Source: a virus (taxonomy: Duplodnaviria; Caudoviricetes). Taken from it: 64,000 bases of DNA. Where the stretch lies: positions 1 to 64,000 of IMG/VR virus record IMGVR_UViG_2841531823_000001, one strand, 5' to 3'. The notes under the pieces are model-generated. The model saw only the letters and a program-made list of their open reading frames with translations, did not search any database and was not told the origin of the DNA. Below, piece after piece: positions 1 to 8,900 of the stretch (positions within the stretch are counted from its first letter, which is position 1; every line of letters starts with the position of its first letter). A program made the position numbers and the translations under genes.

Positions 1-222
1 ATGGCTGACTATCGCAAGCACATGCCCGACCGCCTCGTGCAGATCCAGCGACGGGCGCTCTTCTCTCTCGGAGATCTGGCGCAGGCCGCAATCACCAATG
101 TGGATGCCGCTGTCGTGATGGATGCGCAGGCCGTGGGCGTCGCTGCGGCGCTCGAGCGCGCCGCCAGCGAGATCCGCGCGGTTGTCGCCCGCGCGCAGGC
201 AGAGGACCAAGAGCATGGCTGA
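1..222 (+). CDS. hypothetical phage protein
   Basis: 73-aa ORF overlapping the start of the next gene; typical codon usage. Confidence 0.6.
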   Translation: MADYRKHMPDRLVQIQRRALFSLGDLAQAAITNVDAAVVMDAQAVGVAAALERAASEIRAVVARAQAEDQEHG

Positions 223-1321
223 GACCAGCGCCATCGAATGGACAGACGCGACCTGGAACCCGATCACGGGCTGCACGCTCGCCTCGCCCGGCTGCCAGCA
301 CTGCTACGCGGCGGATCTGGCCGCCACCCGCCTCTCCTCGCACCCGAGCCGCAAGGGGCTGACCCGGCGCAACTCGGCCGGGATCGCCGCCTGGACGGGC
401 GAAGTCAGGCTCAACACGCAATGGCTCGACCAGCCTCTCCGCTGGGGCCGCCCGCGCAGGATCTTCGTGTGCGCGCACGCCGACCTGTTCCACGAGAACG
501 TGCCAGACGAGTGGATCGACCGGGTGTTTGCGGTCATGGCGCTGGCCCCGCAGCACACGTTTCAGGTGCTGACCAAGCGCGCGCGGCGGATGCGGGAGTA
601 TTTCGCGCGCGGCGGCGATGGCTTCATGGCGGCCGAGGCGCGCATCGAGCACCGCGCCAAGCGGATAGCGCGAGAGCGAGGGGCGCCAATCCCGGTCGGC
701 CAGACCCTCCTCGGCACCATGCCCTTCCCTCACGTCTGGCTTGGCGTCTCGGCCGAGGATCAGCAGCGGGCGGATGAGCGGATCCCGGACCTGTTGAAAA
801 CGCCGGCCGCCGTGCGGTTTGGGAGCTTCGAGCCTCTGCTCGGGCCGTTGAACCTGCTCCTTACCGACAGCAACGGTCATGACATTTCCGCTTTGCGAGG
901 CATCGCTTGCGACCCGACTGCCCCTGATGGTGGCGACGAGTATTACCGCACGGGGAAACTCGACTGGATCATCGTCGGCGGCGAGAGCGGGCGCCACGCG
1001 CGGCCCATGCACCCGGATTGGGCCCGGTCCCTGCGGGATCAGGCGCAGGCCGCGGGCGTGCCGTTCCTGTTCAAGCAATGGGGCGAGTGGGCCGACCAGA
1101 CGGACGCGGAGAAGGTGACGGGCAGTGCCCACCGCATTTTCACGGCGGATGGGAAGATGCTGGGCGTCGGGGTGCAAAACTCTCGCTTCGGCATGGGCGC
1201 GGTGGAACCGAACTGGAAGGAGCGCGGTGGCGCGTGGATGAGCAAGGTGGGCAAGGCCAGCGCCGGCCGCCTCCTGGACGGGGTGGAGCACAACGGGATG
1301 CCGGAGGTGCGCCATGGCTGA
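215..1321 (+). CDS. phage Gp37/Gp68 (DUF5131) family protein
   Basis: N-terminal IEWTDATWNPITGC..SPGCxHCYA, DLFHE, WIIVGGESG and FLFKQWGEW motifs; ATG 215 after GAGGA. Confidence 0.9.
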   Translation: MAETSAIEWTDATWNPITGCTLASPGCQHCYAADLAATRLSSHPSRKGLTRRNSAGIAAWTGEVRLNTQWLDQPLRWGRPRRIFVCAHADLFHENVPDEWIDRVFAVMALAPQHTFQVLTKRARRMREYFARGGDGFMAAEARIEHRAKRIARERGAPIPVGQTLLGTMPFPHVWLGVSAEDQQRADERIPDLLKTPAAVRFGSFEPLLGPLNLLLTDSNGHDISALRGIACDPTAPDGGDEYYRTGKLDWIIVGGESGRHARPMHPDWARSLRDQAQAAGVPFLFKQWGEWADQTDAEKVTGSAHRIFTADGKMLGVGVQNSRFGMGAVEPNWKERGGAWMSKVGKASAGRLLDGVEHNGMPEVRHG

Positions 1322-1967
1322 CCGCCCCATCATCTTCTCGGCTCCGATGGTGCGCGCCATGCTCGACGGGCGGAAGTCGCAGACGCGGCGGATCATCGGC
1401 CAGCCCGAGGCCATGCAGGAATGGTATCAGCGCCCCGACAGCGGGCGTTGGCTGCTCACCGAGAACGTGGGTGCGCCGTGGATCATTTCGGCGCTCCCGT
1501 GGCTGCCCGGCGACCGGCTCTGGGTCCGCGAGGGATTTGTCCGCTACCACGATCTTGACGACAACGACATGCGCGTCGGACCGCTCAAGACAGCGTATCG
1601 CGCAGACGGAAACTTCCGGTGGCTGGACGCGGACACTGACACTTTCCGCGATTGCCCACCATGGAAGCCCTCCATCCACATGCCCCGCTGGGCCTCACGC
1701 CTGACGCTGATCGTGACCGAGGTCCGCGTGCAACGGTTGCAGGAGATCAGCGAGGCGGATGCGGCGGCCGAGGGCGTGACGCCGATAGACGAGCCGAACG
1801 AACTGAGGTGGGAGCACTATGCCCCGCATGGAGTAGCATTCCGTGACCTCTGGAACAGCCTGCACGGCCCCGAGGCGTGGGATGCGAACCCGTGGGTGGC
1901 CGCGATCACCTTCACTGTCCACAAGGCGAACATCGACGCGATGGAGGTCGCCGATGCGCGAGGTTGA
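1314..1967 (+). CDS. conserved phage protein (ASCH/PUA-like)
   Basis: PIIFSAPMVRAMLDGRKSQTRR, WKPSIHMPRWASR and WDANPWV motifs. Confidence 0.8.
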   Translation: MADRPIIFSAPMVRAMLDGRKSQTRRIIGQPEAMQEWYQRPDSGRWLLTENVGAPWIISALPWLPGDRLWVREGFVRYHDLDDNDMRVGPLKTAYRADGNFRWLDADTDTFRDCPPWKPSIHMPRWASRLTLIVTEVRVQRLQEISEADAAAEGVTPIDEPNELRWEHYAPHGVAFRDLWNSLHGPEAWDANPWVAAITFTVHKANIDAMEVADARG

Positions 1968-2325
1968 GGAGTGGGTGGGCCGGTCCGATGATACCGCGCC
2001 GCCCCCGCGGGTGAAGGATCGGATCATCGAGCGGCAGGAGGGCTGTTGCGCCATTACCGGCCGGCGCTTCAGGCCGGGCGACGTGATCGAGTTCGACCAC
2101 ATCATTGCCCTCTGCAACGGCGGCGAGAACCGCGAGACGAACCTTCAGGCCATCATCGGCGACAAGCACCGGGAGAAGACTCGCGAGGACGTGCGGATCA
2201 AGGCCAAGGCCGCGAGCGTGCGGAAGCGCCACCTCGGCATCGAGGGGAAGAAGCGGATCGTGGATGGCTCGCGCGCGAGCCGCTGGAAGAAGCACCTCGA
2301 CGGCAGCGTTTCACGGCGCTGGTGA
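1954..2325 (+). CDS. HNH endonuclease
   Basis: EFDHIIALCNGGENRETNLQ..HREKT HNH motif; ATG after GGAGG. Confidence 0.85.
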   Translation: MREVEEWVGRSDDTAPPPRVKDRIIERQEGCCAITGRRFRPGDVIEFDHIIALCNGGENRETNLQAIIGDKHREKTREDVRIKAKAASVRKRHLGIEGKKRIVDGSRASRWKKHLDGSVSRRW

Positions 2326-2359
2326 GGCGGGCCCGGGCGCTCTCTGGCGCCCGGCCAAG

Positions 2360-2392
2360 GCCCTGATCGCGGAGGCCCACGCGATCAGGGCG
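2360..2392. terminator. hairpin between convergent operons
   Basis: GCCCTGATCGCG..CGCGATCAGGGC inverted repeat. Confidence 0.55.
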
Positions 2393-2429
2393 GCCCATTG
2401 CTCGGCGTCCGTCACAGCCGAGCACCGGA

Positions 2430-2765
2430 TCAGAGACGATGGACGGTCGACAGCACGGCCTTGGCGCGCTGCAAGAGCACGTCATCGGCCGCCCCGAGCT
2501 TCTCGAGCGTGTCGGGCACGCCCTTCTTCAGGTAGTCGAGCACGAACGCCGCCTTGTCCGGCACGCTGGCGGCCATGGCCGCCTTGGCGCCATTGATGAT
2601 GGCCTCGGCGAGCCGCTCGCGCAGGTGCGAGAGCTCCACGCCTTCCTCAATACGGATCTGGACGCCGGTCCGGCGCCGGATCTCGTAGAGCACGGCCGAG
2701 AGGAGCAGACCGACGACGGCGCCGATGATCTGCAGGATGGTGGGGAGGATGATGGTGTCGAGCAC
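2430..2765 (-). CDS. holin-like/lysis-associated membrane protein
   Basis: One N-terminal TM helix then a helical domain; GGAG RBS before GTG; last gene of lysis cassette. Confidence 0.6.
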   Translation of the reverse strand: MLDTIILPTILQIIGAVVGLLLSAVLYEIRRRTGVQIRIEEGVELSHLRERLAEAIINGAKAAMAASVPDKAAFVLDYLKKGVPDTLEKLGAADDVLLQRAKAVLSTVHRL

Positions 2766-2780
2766 GATGTTCTCCGTTTG

Positions 2781-4277
2781 CTAAGTCCAGGCGATGTCAT
2801 CGAAGGACCACCCGGCGTTGTGATAGGTCATGCCGTAGATCCGCATGTCGCCGGTCCCATCCGCATTGAAGCTCGCCGGGGTAGACCACGACGGCGCCCG
2901 AACGGCGACGTTCATCTTCGGGTAGTAGGAGCCCTGCACCTCCATGTTCTGGTGGCGGGCAATCAGCCGGGAGCACAGGATCTCCACATCGTCGAAGAAG
3001 ATCGTCACCTCGTTGGCATCAGGATCGACGCAGGCCGAGTAGGTGTGAGGGGCGGTCCAGAGGGACGTGTCTGCGGCGACCCCGGGTAGGTGGGTGACGG
3101 TCCAGGCGGTGCCGTGTGCGCCAATCCGCCCCCCGGTCCCCCAATTCCCATAGTGCTGGGCGCAGGTCGTATATTTCCCCGTCATGGGGTAGTCTTCGCC
3201 CCACGCCTTGTTGAACTGCTCCATGATGTCGATTTCTGGCGGCCATGCGGCCGAGCCGTTGTCGTTGCGCCCGACCAGCCAGAAAGCGGGCCAGGCATAG
3301 GCCCGGTCCGCAGTGATCGCCCTCATCCTCCAGACCCCTCTCGGTCCGCAGGCCGCATCGAGGAACTGGCCCTGCAGCATGGCGGCCTGGTGCTTGTAGA
3401 CCGAGCTGTTGAAGGTGAAGTCAGACTCGAAGGCATAGGTGTGAAGCCGCAGATAGTTGCCGAACTCGTCTGCCCCGCGGCTGAATGGATTTTGCACAAC
3501 GGGCGCGAAGGCCGGCACATCTTCGTTGAGATAGATTCCGGTCTCTCCGTTGCCCGGCTGCGCGTAGCCGTGGGAAAGCCGGGACCGCCAAACGCCTTGG
3601 CCGTCGATCTTCCCGCTATCGTGCCACCGCTCTGTGAGCGGGTTGAAGTCGTAGGCGATGGTTGCGGCCGAGAGGTTCAGCTTGCGCAGCGGGCGGTGGA
3701 AGGCCGGCGTGATGACCTGGGGCGGCTCGGCGGCCGAGAAAGTTACCCGGCAGGTGACAGTGGAGCCCTCTGTGGCCGCCGACCCATAGCGGGCGAATGA
3801 CACGTTGAAGAACCTGCCATCGCTGAAGCTGATGCCCGCGCCGGTCGGGCGGGCAATCCTGATCCACTGGCGGGCGTCGTCACCGGGCGACCAGACCCAG
3901 CAGACCTGCGGGGTAAACGCGGCCTTAACTGCTCCGGAGGCGACGTTGATGTTCCCGCCATTAACGTTCGATACGTCGAGACGGACATAAGCGCTCTGGT
4001 GGAATTCGCCGATCACATCCACCGGAATCCAGAACTCATTGACCCCCGCCGGAATGGTGATCGCGGACGGGATGGAAAATTCGGCCTTGGCGAAGCCTTG
4101 CCACGGGAAGTCCAGAATGCCGTTGGTGATGACCAGTGGCACCGAGCCGGCCTCGGACACGAAGAAGGCGTCGTACTGCCCATTGGACAGCCGCGACGAC
4201 ATGTTCACCGGAAGAGCGACATCCTCGAACATCTGGATGGCTTGCGTGAGACGGTTGCGGATCAGGATGCGAGCCAT
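2781..4277 (-). CDS. glycoside hydrolase family 16 domain protein
   Basis: WPAFWL..WPPEIDIME (ExDxxE catalytic motif) in C-terminal half. Confidence 0.8.
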   Translation of the reverse strand: MARILIRNRLTQAIQMFEDVALPVNMSSRLSNGQYDAFFVSEAGSVPLVITNGILDFPWQGFAKAEFSIPSAITIPAGVNEFWIPVDVIGEFHQSAYVRLDVSNVNGGNINVASGAVKAAFTPQVCWVWSPGDDARQWIRIARPTGAGISFSDGRFFNVSFARYGSAATEGSTVTCRVTFSAAEPPQVITPAFHRPLRKLNLSAATIAYDFNPLTERWHDSGKIDGQGVWRSRLSHGYAQPGNGETGIYLNEDVPAFAPVVQNPFSRGADEFGNYLRLHTYAFESDFTFNSSVYKHQAAMLQGQFLDAACGPRGVWRMRAITADRAYAWPAFWLVGRNDNGSAAWPPEIDIMEQFNKAWGEDYPMTGKYTTCAQHYGNWGTGGRIGAHGTAWTVTHLPGVAADTSLWTAPHTYSACVDPDANEVTIFFDDVEILCSRLIARHQNMEVQGSYYPKMNVAVRAPSWSTPASFNADGTGDMRIYGMTYHNAGWSFDDIAWT

Positions 4278-4285
4278 GGTGGACC

Positions 4286-4474
4286 TCAAGTGGTGATGGT
4301 GCTGCCCACAACGGTCGGCGCAGGGATATTCGGCGCTCCGCTGATGGTGGAGCCGGAGACCGCGGGCGCGGCGGCAGCGGGCGGCGGCTCTTCTGTTTGC
4401 TCGCGCCTTTCCAGCCCGTGCCCAATCAGGGCGCGGCCATTCATTGGCTTCCGATGGCCGGCCAGCAGACGCAT
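4286..4474 (-). CDS. hypothetical protein
   Basis: 62-aa ORF filling the gap between endolysin and GH16 genes. Confidence 0.55.
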   Translation of the reverse strand: MRLLAGHRKPMNGRALIGHGLERREQTEEPPPAAAAPAVSGSTISGAPNIPAPTVVGSTITT

Positions 4475-4475
4475 G

Positions 4476-5120
4476 TCAGAACTCGTTCACGGACTTCGGA
4501 ATGCCTGCGGCGCTCATGCGGGGAAGGGGCTTGTGGGCGTGCGGAAAGGTCGTGGGCCAGCGCGCCAGCCCGTCGATCAGGCGGCTCTTGTGGATGCGGA
4601 CGATCGAGACGGAATTGCCTTGGTTGCCGCCCAGCACGAAGAAGGAATCGGTGTCTTCGCCTACGGCAAAAGCCACATGGCCGCCGCCGTCGCGGGAGAA
4701 GGGGAGGATCGCGCCATAGGTCGGCTTCACCGGCTTGCCGAACAGCGTCCAGTTGCGCGCCCAGAACGGGTTCTCCCCGAGGGCGCCCGGGAAAGGCTCG
4801 TCCGGCAGCGCGCGTGCGATGCACGTCTCGGCGAAGTCGCCGCACCAAGGGAGCGCCGATGGATCACCGAGATACTTGCCGCCTCCCTTGAGCCATGCCG
4901 AGAGGCGCGCCTTGTCGCGGGTCTCGTGCAGGCCGAACACGGACCGCGCTTCGATCATCCACGGCAGATCGGCCGGGGCCGCCTCCTTGCCGCCGCGCCG
5001 TGAGGCCACATAGGCCACCGCCGCGGCCAGCGTCTTCGGCCCCTCCAGCCCGTCGATCAGCCCGGGCGAGAAGCCCAGCCCGAGAAGCCCCATCTGCAAC
5101 TGCTTGACCGCCTCGCTCAT
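4476..5120 (-). CDS. endolysin: peptidoglycan-binding domain plus TIGR02594/CHAP-like peptidase
   Basis: VKQLQMGL..IDGLEGPKT PG-binding motif; PWCGDF, GHVAF, VLGGNQGNSVS. Confidence 0.88.
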   Translation of the reverse strand: MSEAVKQLQMGLLGLGFSPGLIDGLEGPKTLAAAVAYVASRRGGKEAAPADLPWMIEARSVFGLHETRDKARLSAWLKGGGKYLGDPSALPWCGDFAETCIARALPDEPFPGALGENPFWARNWTLFGKPVKPTYGAILPFSRDGGGHVAFAVGEDTDSFFVLGGNQGNSVSIVRIHKSRLIDGLARWPTTFPHAHKPLPRMSAAGIPKSVNEF

Positions 5121-5122
5121 GG

Positions 5123-5254
5123 CTATCCCCCGATGAAGTGCCGGGCTATGGCCCAGACAACGAGAAGTCCGGCGACGATCAGCCACGCCCGGGCTTCTTC
5201 CTTGACCGTGCGCCCAATCGCATCAGGGCGCGGGCGGAGACGGTCCTTAGCCAT
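5123..5254 (-). CDS. small membrane protein (lysis cassette)
   Basis: 43 aa with one TM helix; GGAGG RBS; start overlaps upstream stop. Confidence 0.55.
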   Translation of the reverse strand: MAKDRLRPRPDAIGRTVKEEARAWLIVAGLLVVWAIARHFIGG

Positions 5255-5603
5255 TGCCGCCTCCGATCTTCGCGGCCCGGCTCTCGGCCACCGCGGCAAT
5301 GATCTTGACGAGGGAGATGCCGAGGGTCCCCGTGATGAACGCGGCCATGGCGACGTTGTTGGGGGTCTCCTCAAGGCCGAGCATGGACAGGGCCAGCGGC
5401 CAGAGGTAGCGCCCTGCCACGGCGCCGGTGATGATCGCCACCAGCCCGTCCCGGACCCTGATCCGCTCCGAGGCGAGCCAGCGCGTCATGCCGCCCAAGC
5501 CGGAGGCGATGAGCACGCGGCCAGAGTCGCCGGCGAAATAGGCCCCGATAGCAGAGATCCAGATGAGGGCGGCGTGCCAGAGGCCGTTCGCGGAATCAGG
5601 CAT
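5247..5603 (-). CDS. putative holin
   Basis: Several hydrophobic helices; just upstream of endolysin. Confidence 0.7.
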   Translation of the reverse strand: MPDSANGLWHAALIWISAIGAYFAGDSGRVLIASGLGGMTRWLASERIRVRDGLVAIITGAVAGRYLWPLALSMLGLEETPNNVAMAAFITGTLGISLVKIIAAVAESRAAKIGGGNG

Positions 5604-5857
5604 CACGGCACCAGGAGCGTGGGGCCGACGATATGGACGTCGCCGCGGCCGCGGATCTGAAGATGCTCTCCGCTCTCAAGGCCGAGAGAGACAGTTTGGC
5701 CGACCGCGGCAATGAAACCTCGGGCCGCGGCGCTGGCGGCCGTCGTGGCGGAGATCGTCCATTCGCCGTCGGCATCAAGGCAGGAAAAGGTGACATCGCC
5801 CGGGCCGGAAGCGCGAGCGGCAAAGCTGGGGGTTGCCTTGAAGGTGGCTTGGGCCAT
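5603..5857 (-). CDS. hypothetical protein
   Basis: 84-aa ORF, AGGGA RBS, TGATG coupling to holin. Confidence 0.65.
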   Translation of the reverse strand: MAQATFKATPSFAARASGPGDVTFSCLDADGEWTISATTAASAAARGFIAAVGQTVSLGLESGEHLQIRGRGDVHIVGPTLLVP

Positions 5858-5940
5858 GGGTGTCCCTACGAATGGCCCCTGAGGGCGCGGGAAACCGCAT
5901 GTCCTATGCGTCAGGTTGTGGGCGGATCATAGCGCGGAGA

Positions 5941-5975
5941 CAGCCCGCGCGCCAGACCTCGCGGCGCGCGGGCTG
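5941..5975 (-). terminator. hairpin after giant gene
   Basis: 13-bp perfect stem CAGCCCGCGCGCC/GGCGCGCGGGCTG just past the stop codon. Confidence 0.65.
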
Positions 5976-5982
5976 AAAGACG

Positions 5983-8900
5983 CTACCCGTAGAGGCTTGT
6001 CGCGCCGAAGCGGGCCATGATCTCCCGCTCGAGCTTGTCGTTCAGCCTGATCCCTCCGCCCTCAGCGATGTCCTGTCCGGCCTTGATGCGCGAGCGCAGG
6101 GAGCGGCGGATCGTGTCGCCGGTGATCGCGAATTGCGGGTGCGCTCGATTGAACTCGGCCACCTGATCGAAGGCCTCCCGGCTCGGTCGCTCGCCCGCGC
6201 GCAGGGCCTTGGTGATCTCGTTCAGGATCTCGCGCCGGTCGTCCTCGATCCGCTTCTGGGCGTTCATGCGGCGGTTGTTGATCTCGTAGCGCTCCGAGAC
6301 CTTCGCCGGGCTGAAGCCGAGCGCCTGGGTGATCGCCTGCGCGGGGCTGACATCCTCAAGGATGGTGTCTCCCTTCCTGGTCGTGACGCCTTCGGTCATG
6401 TAGCGGAAGCCCTTCATGGCGTCGCGCACGAACTTCGGTACCGCCGTCTCGACGCCGCGATAGACGTTCCCATCGGCAGCAACACCGATGCCCGTGAAGA
6501 TGCTGGCGCCGATCGCCGGGACCGGGCCGATGACCTGCTCGACCCAATAAGCATAGAGGTCGTCGCCCTCCATTTGCCTGTCCGGTGCCCTGAACCAGAG
6601 TTCCGGCATCCCGAGGCGGCTTGTCAGGTCGATGCCGGTCAGGTGCCCAGGCACGCCCTTGAGGAACAGTCCGGCAATCTCCGGCCCGAAGAGACCGATC
6701 AAGCCCTGCTTGATCTCCTCCTCGACGCCATCGGCGCCATCGTCATCGAACAGACCGAGCAGGGCGGTAATCAGCGCATAGCCCCATGTGCCGGTGATCC
6801 CGGCGTGCAGCATCATAGAGGCCGTGATCCCGATCAGCTGCGTCCGCGCCTCCTTGCGCTCCTCCGCGGTGCGCCCGCGCACCATCTGGTGCATGTCGCG
6901 GAACAGCCGGTAGAGCATGTTGATCTGGAAGTTGCGGAACGTGAAGGCCACCCGGAGCCAGTCCTGTTGCAGCAGCCGCGGCCGCGCATCGGACTCGTAG
7001 TTGAAATGGGTGTCCCATGTCACCCTGCCGGCCGTCTCCACGGCGGCCTCGTGAGACTGCCCCTCGGCGCGGCCGAGCCGATAGGCGGCCAGGAACGTGA
7101 TCTCCCGGTTCATCCGCTCGGTGTGGTGGAACATGAACGCGATCGGCTTCATCAGCCGGGCGCGCAGGTCCGAATACTCTGCCCCGGCCTCCGCAATCCC
7201 GGCGAGGTCGTGGGACTGGCTCTTGTCGATGACGCCGCGGCGGTAGGCCTCGGCCAAGGCCCGTTTCTCGTCGTGCGTGAGGCGCTTGGAGTCGGCAGCA
7301 TGGCCCTTGCCGGAGGCGAAGTCGCGGAGCCCGCGCAGGAGCTCGCGCGTAACCCCCGTGACGTTCGCCCCCTTGAACCGGGCCAACATCACCGGCACGC
7401 CCACGATTGTGGTCTGCGACAGGTTCACCATGGCCGCCGCCGGCGTGGCGCCGAGGTAATAGACGAAGGCCGCCGAGGACGCCCAGGCGCTCCATGCGCT
7501 CGACTTCGGGTTCATCGTGAACTCGTGCCGCCGCAGGATCTCGTTGACCACGAGTTTCGCCCGGTTCGGATCGTCGGTCTTGTCCGCATCCACCTCGGCC
7601 TTCTCGAGCTCGTTGGTCATCTTCATGCCGAAGCGCAGGCGGGCAATCTGGTGGGCGCCGTGGAATGCCTTGACCCCGAAGACGCGGAAGGCGTCGCGTG
7701 TGAAGCCCTCGGTCCCCTTTCGGTGCAGGCGGCTCTTGCGGATCGACAAGTCCGGCATGGTCTCGAGATACCGCTGCCAGATCGCATCCATCAGCGCGTC
7801 ATCCTTGCCGGCGTCGCCCACCAGCTTCTCGATGTCCGCAACGAAGGTCGGGTCGATCATCTCCTTCATCTTGCCGGCGGCGTCGGTCATCACGCCCATC
7901 TGGACACGGGCGCCGGTCTTCTTCTGCTCGGCCGCGAAAGCCTGTTGCTCGCGCTCGCTCTCGAACTTGGAGAAGCTGACCACCTTGCCGTCCGCATCGC
8001 GCACGGTCACGAAGTAGTTGCCGAAGCGCCCGAGCGGGAAGTATGGCCCCTCAATCCGGTTGGACTCGAAGACGGACCGGAGCGCCGAGATCCGGGCCGA
8101 GGCGCCCCAGCCCGCGGAGCGCTTCACCGTCGCAAGGCGCCGCTTGGCCGCGTCCACCGCCTCGTCATATTCGGCACCCTCGAGCCCGTCGTCGCGGATG
8201 CGCTGCATCTCGTCGTCATAGGCCCGCTGCGCCCGCTGCAGGTTGACGCTCATCGCCACCCGCACGTTCTCGAGCACCGCGCGCTCCTCCGCGTCCGCCA
8301 TCTCGCGGTAGAAGTCCCTGACCTCCCGGTAGATGGATTGCAACGGCTCGGGCAGCGCGTCGAACTTCGCCTTCAGGTCCGCATGGGCCTCCTGCCCCGC
8401 CACGATCCGGGCGGCATAGGCCGAGGCGCCCTCGTTCGGCCCGCGCCGGGGCTTCACGAACGGCTTGGACGGGTCCAGCCGCGCGATGGTGGACTCGTGC
8501 ATGAGATCCATCATCGCTTGGTTCTGCTTCTGCCCTTCCTTGCCACGCATGGCCTTGCGCCACCGCTGCGCCACCTCATCGGCCCGGGCCTGCCGCTCGT
8601 TCCGTTCCGCCCCCATGTCGTGCTTCAGGTTCAGGTACGCGCGGATGCTCGGGAGCCGCTTGCCGAGCTCGGCAAGAAGCGGCTCCCCGGGAACCAGCGC
8701 CAGAAGGTTCGCCCGGCCCTTGCCGCCCATGGCGTCGGTGAGGATTTGGGAGATCAGGCCGCGCTCGGCCGCCGCCCCGCGAGGCCGGATCAGATCTGCA
8801 CGGAACTCGTGCCCCGTCAGGCCTTGAGCATTGCCTTGATCTGCGCCAGCGCCGCCGCGGCGTCCTTCCGCAAGGATTCGATCTCGGACGGCTTCAGTCG

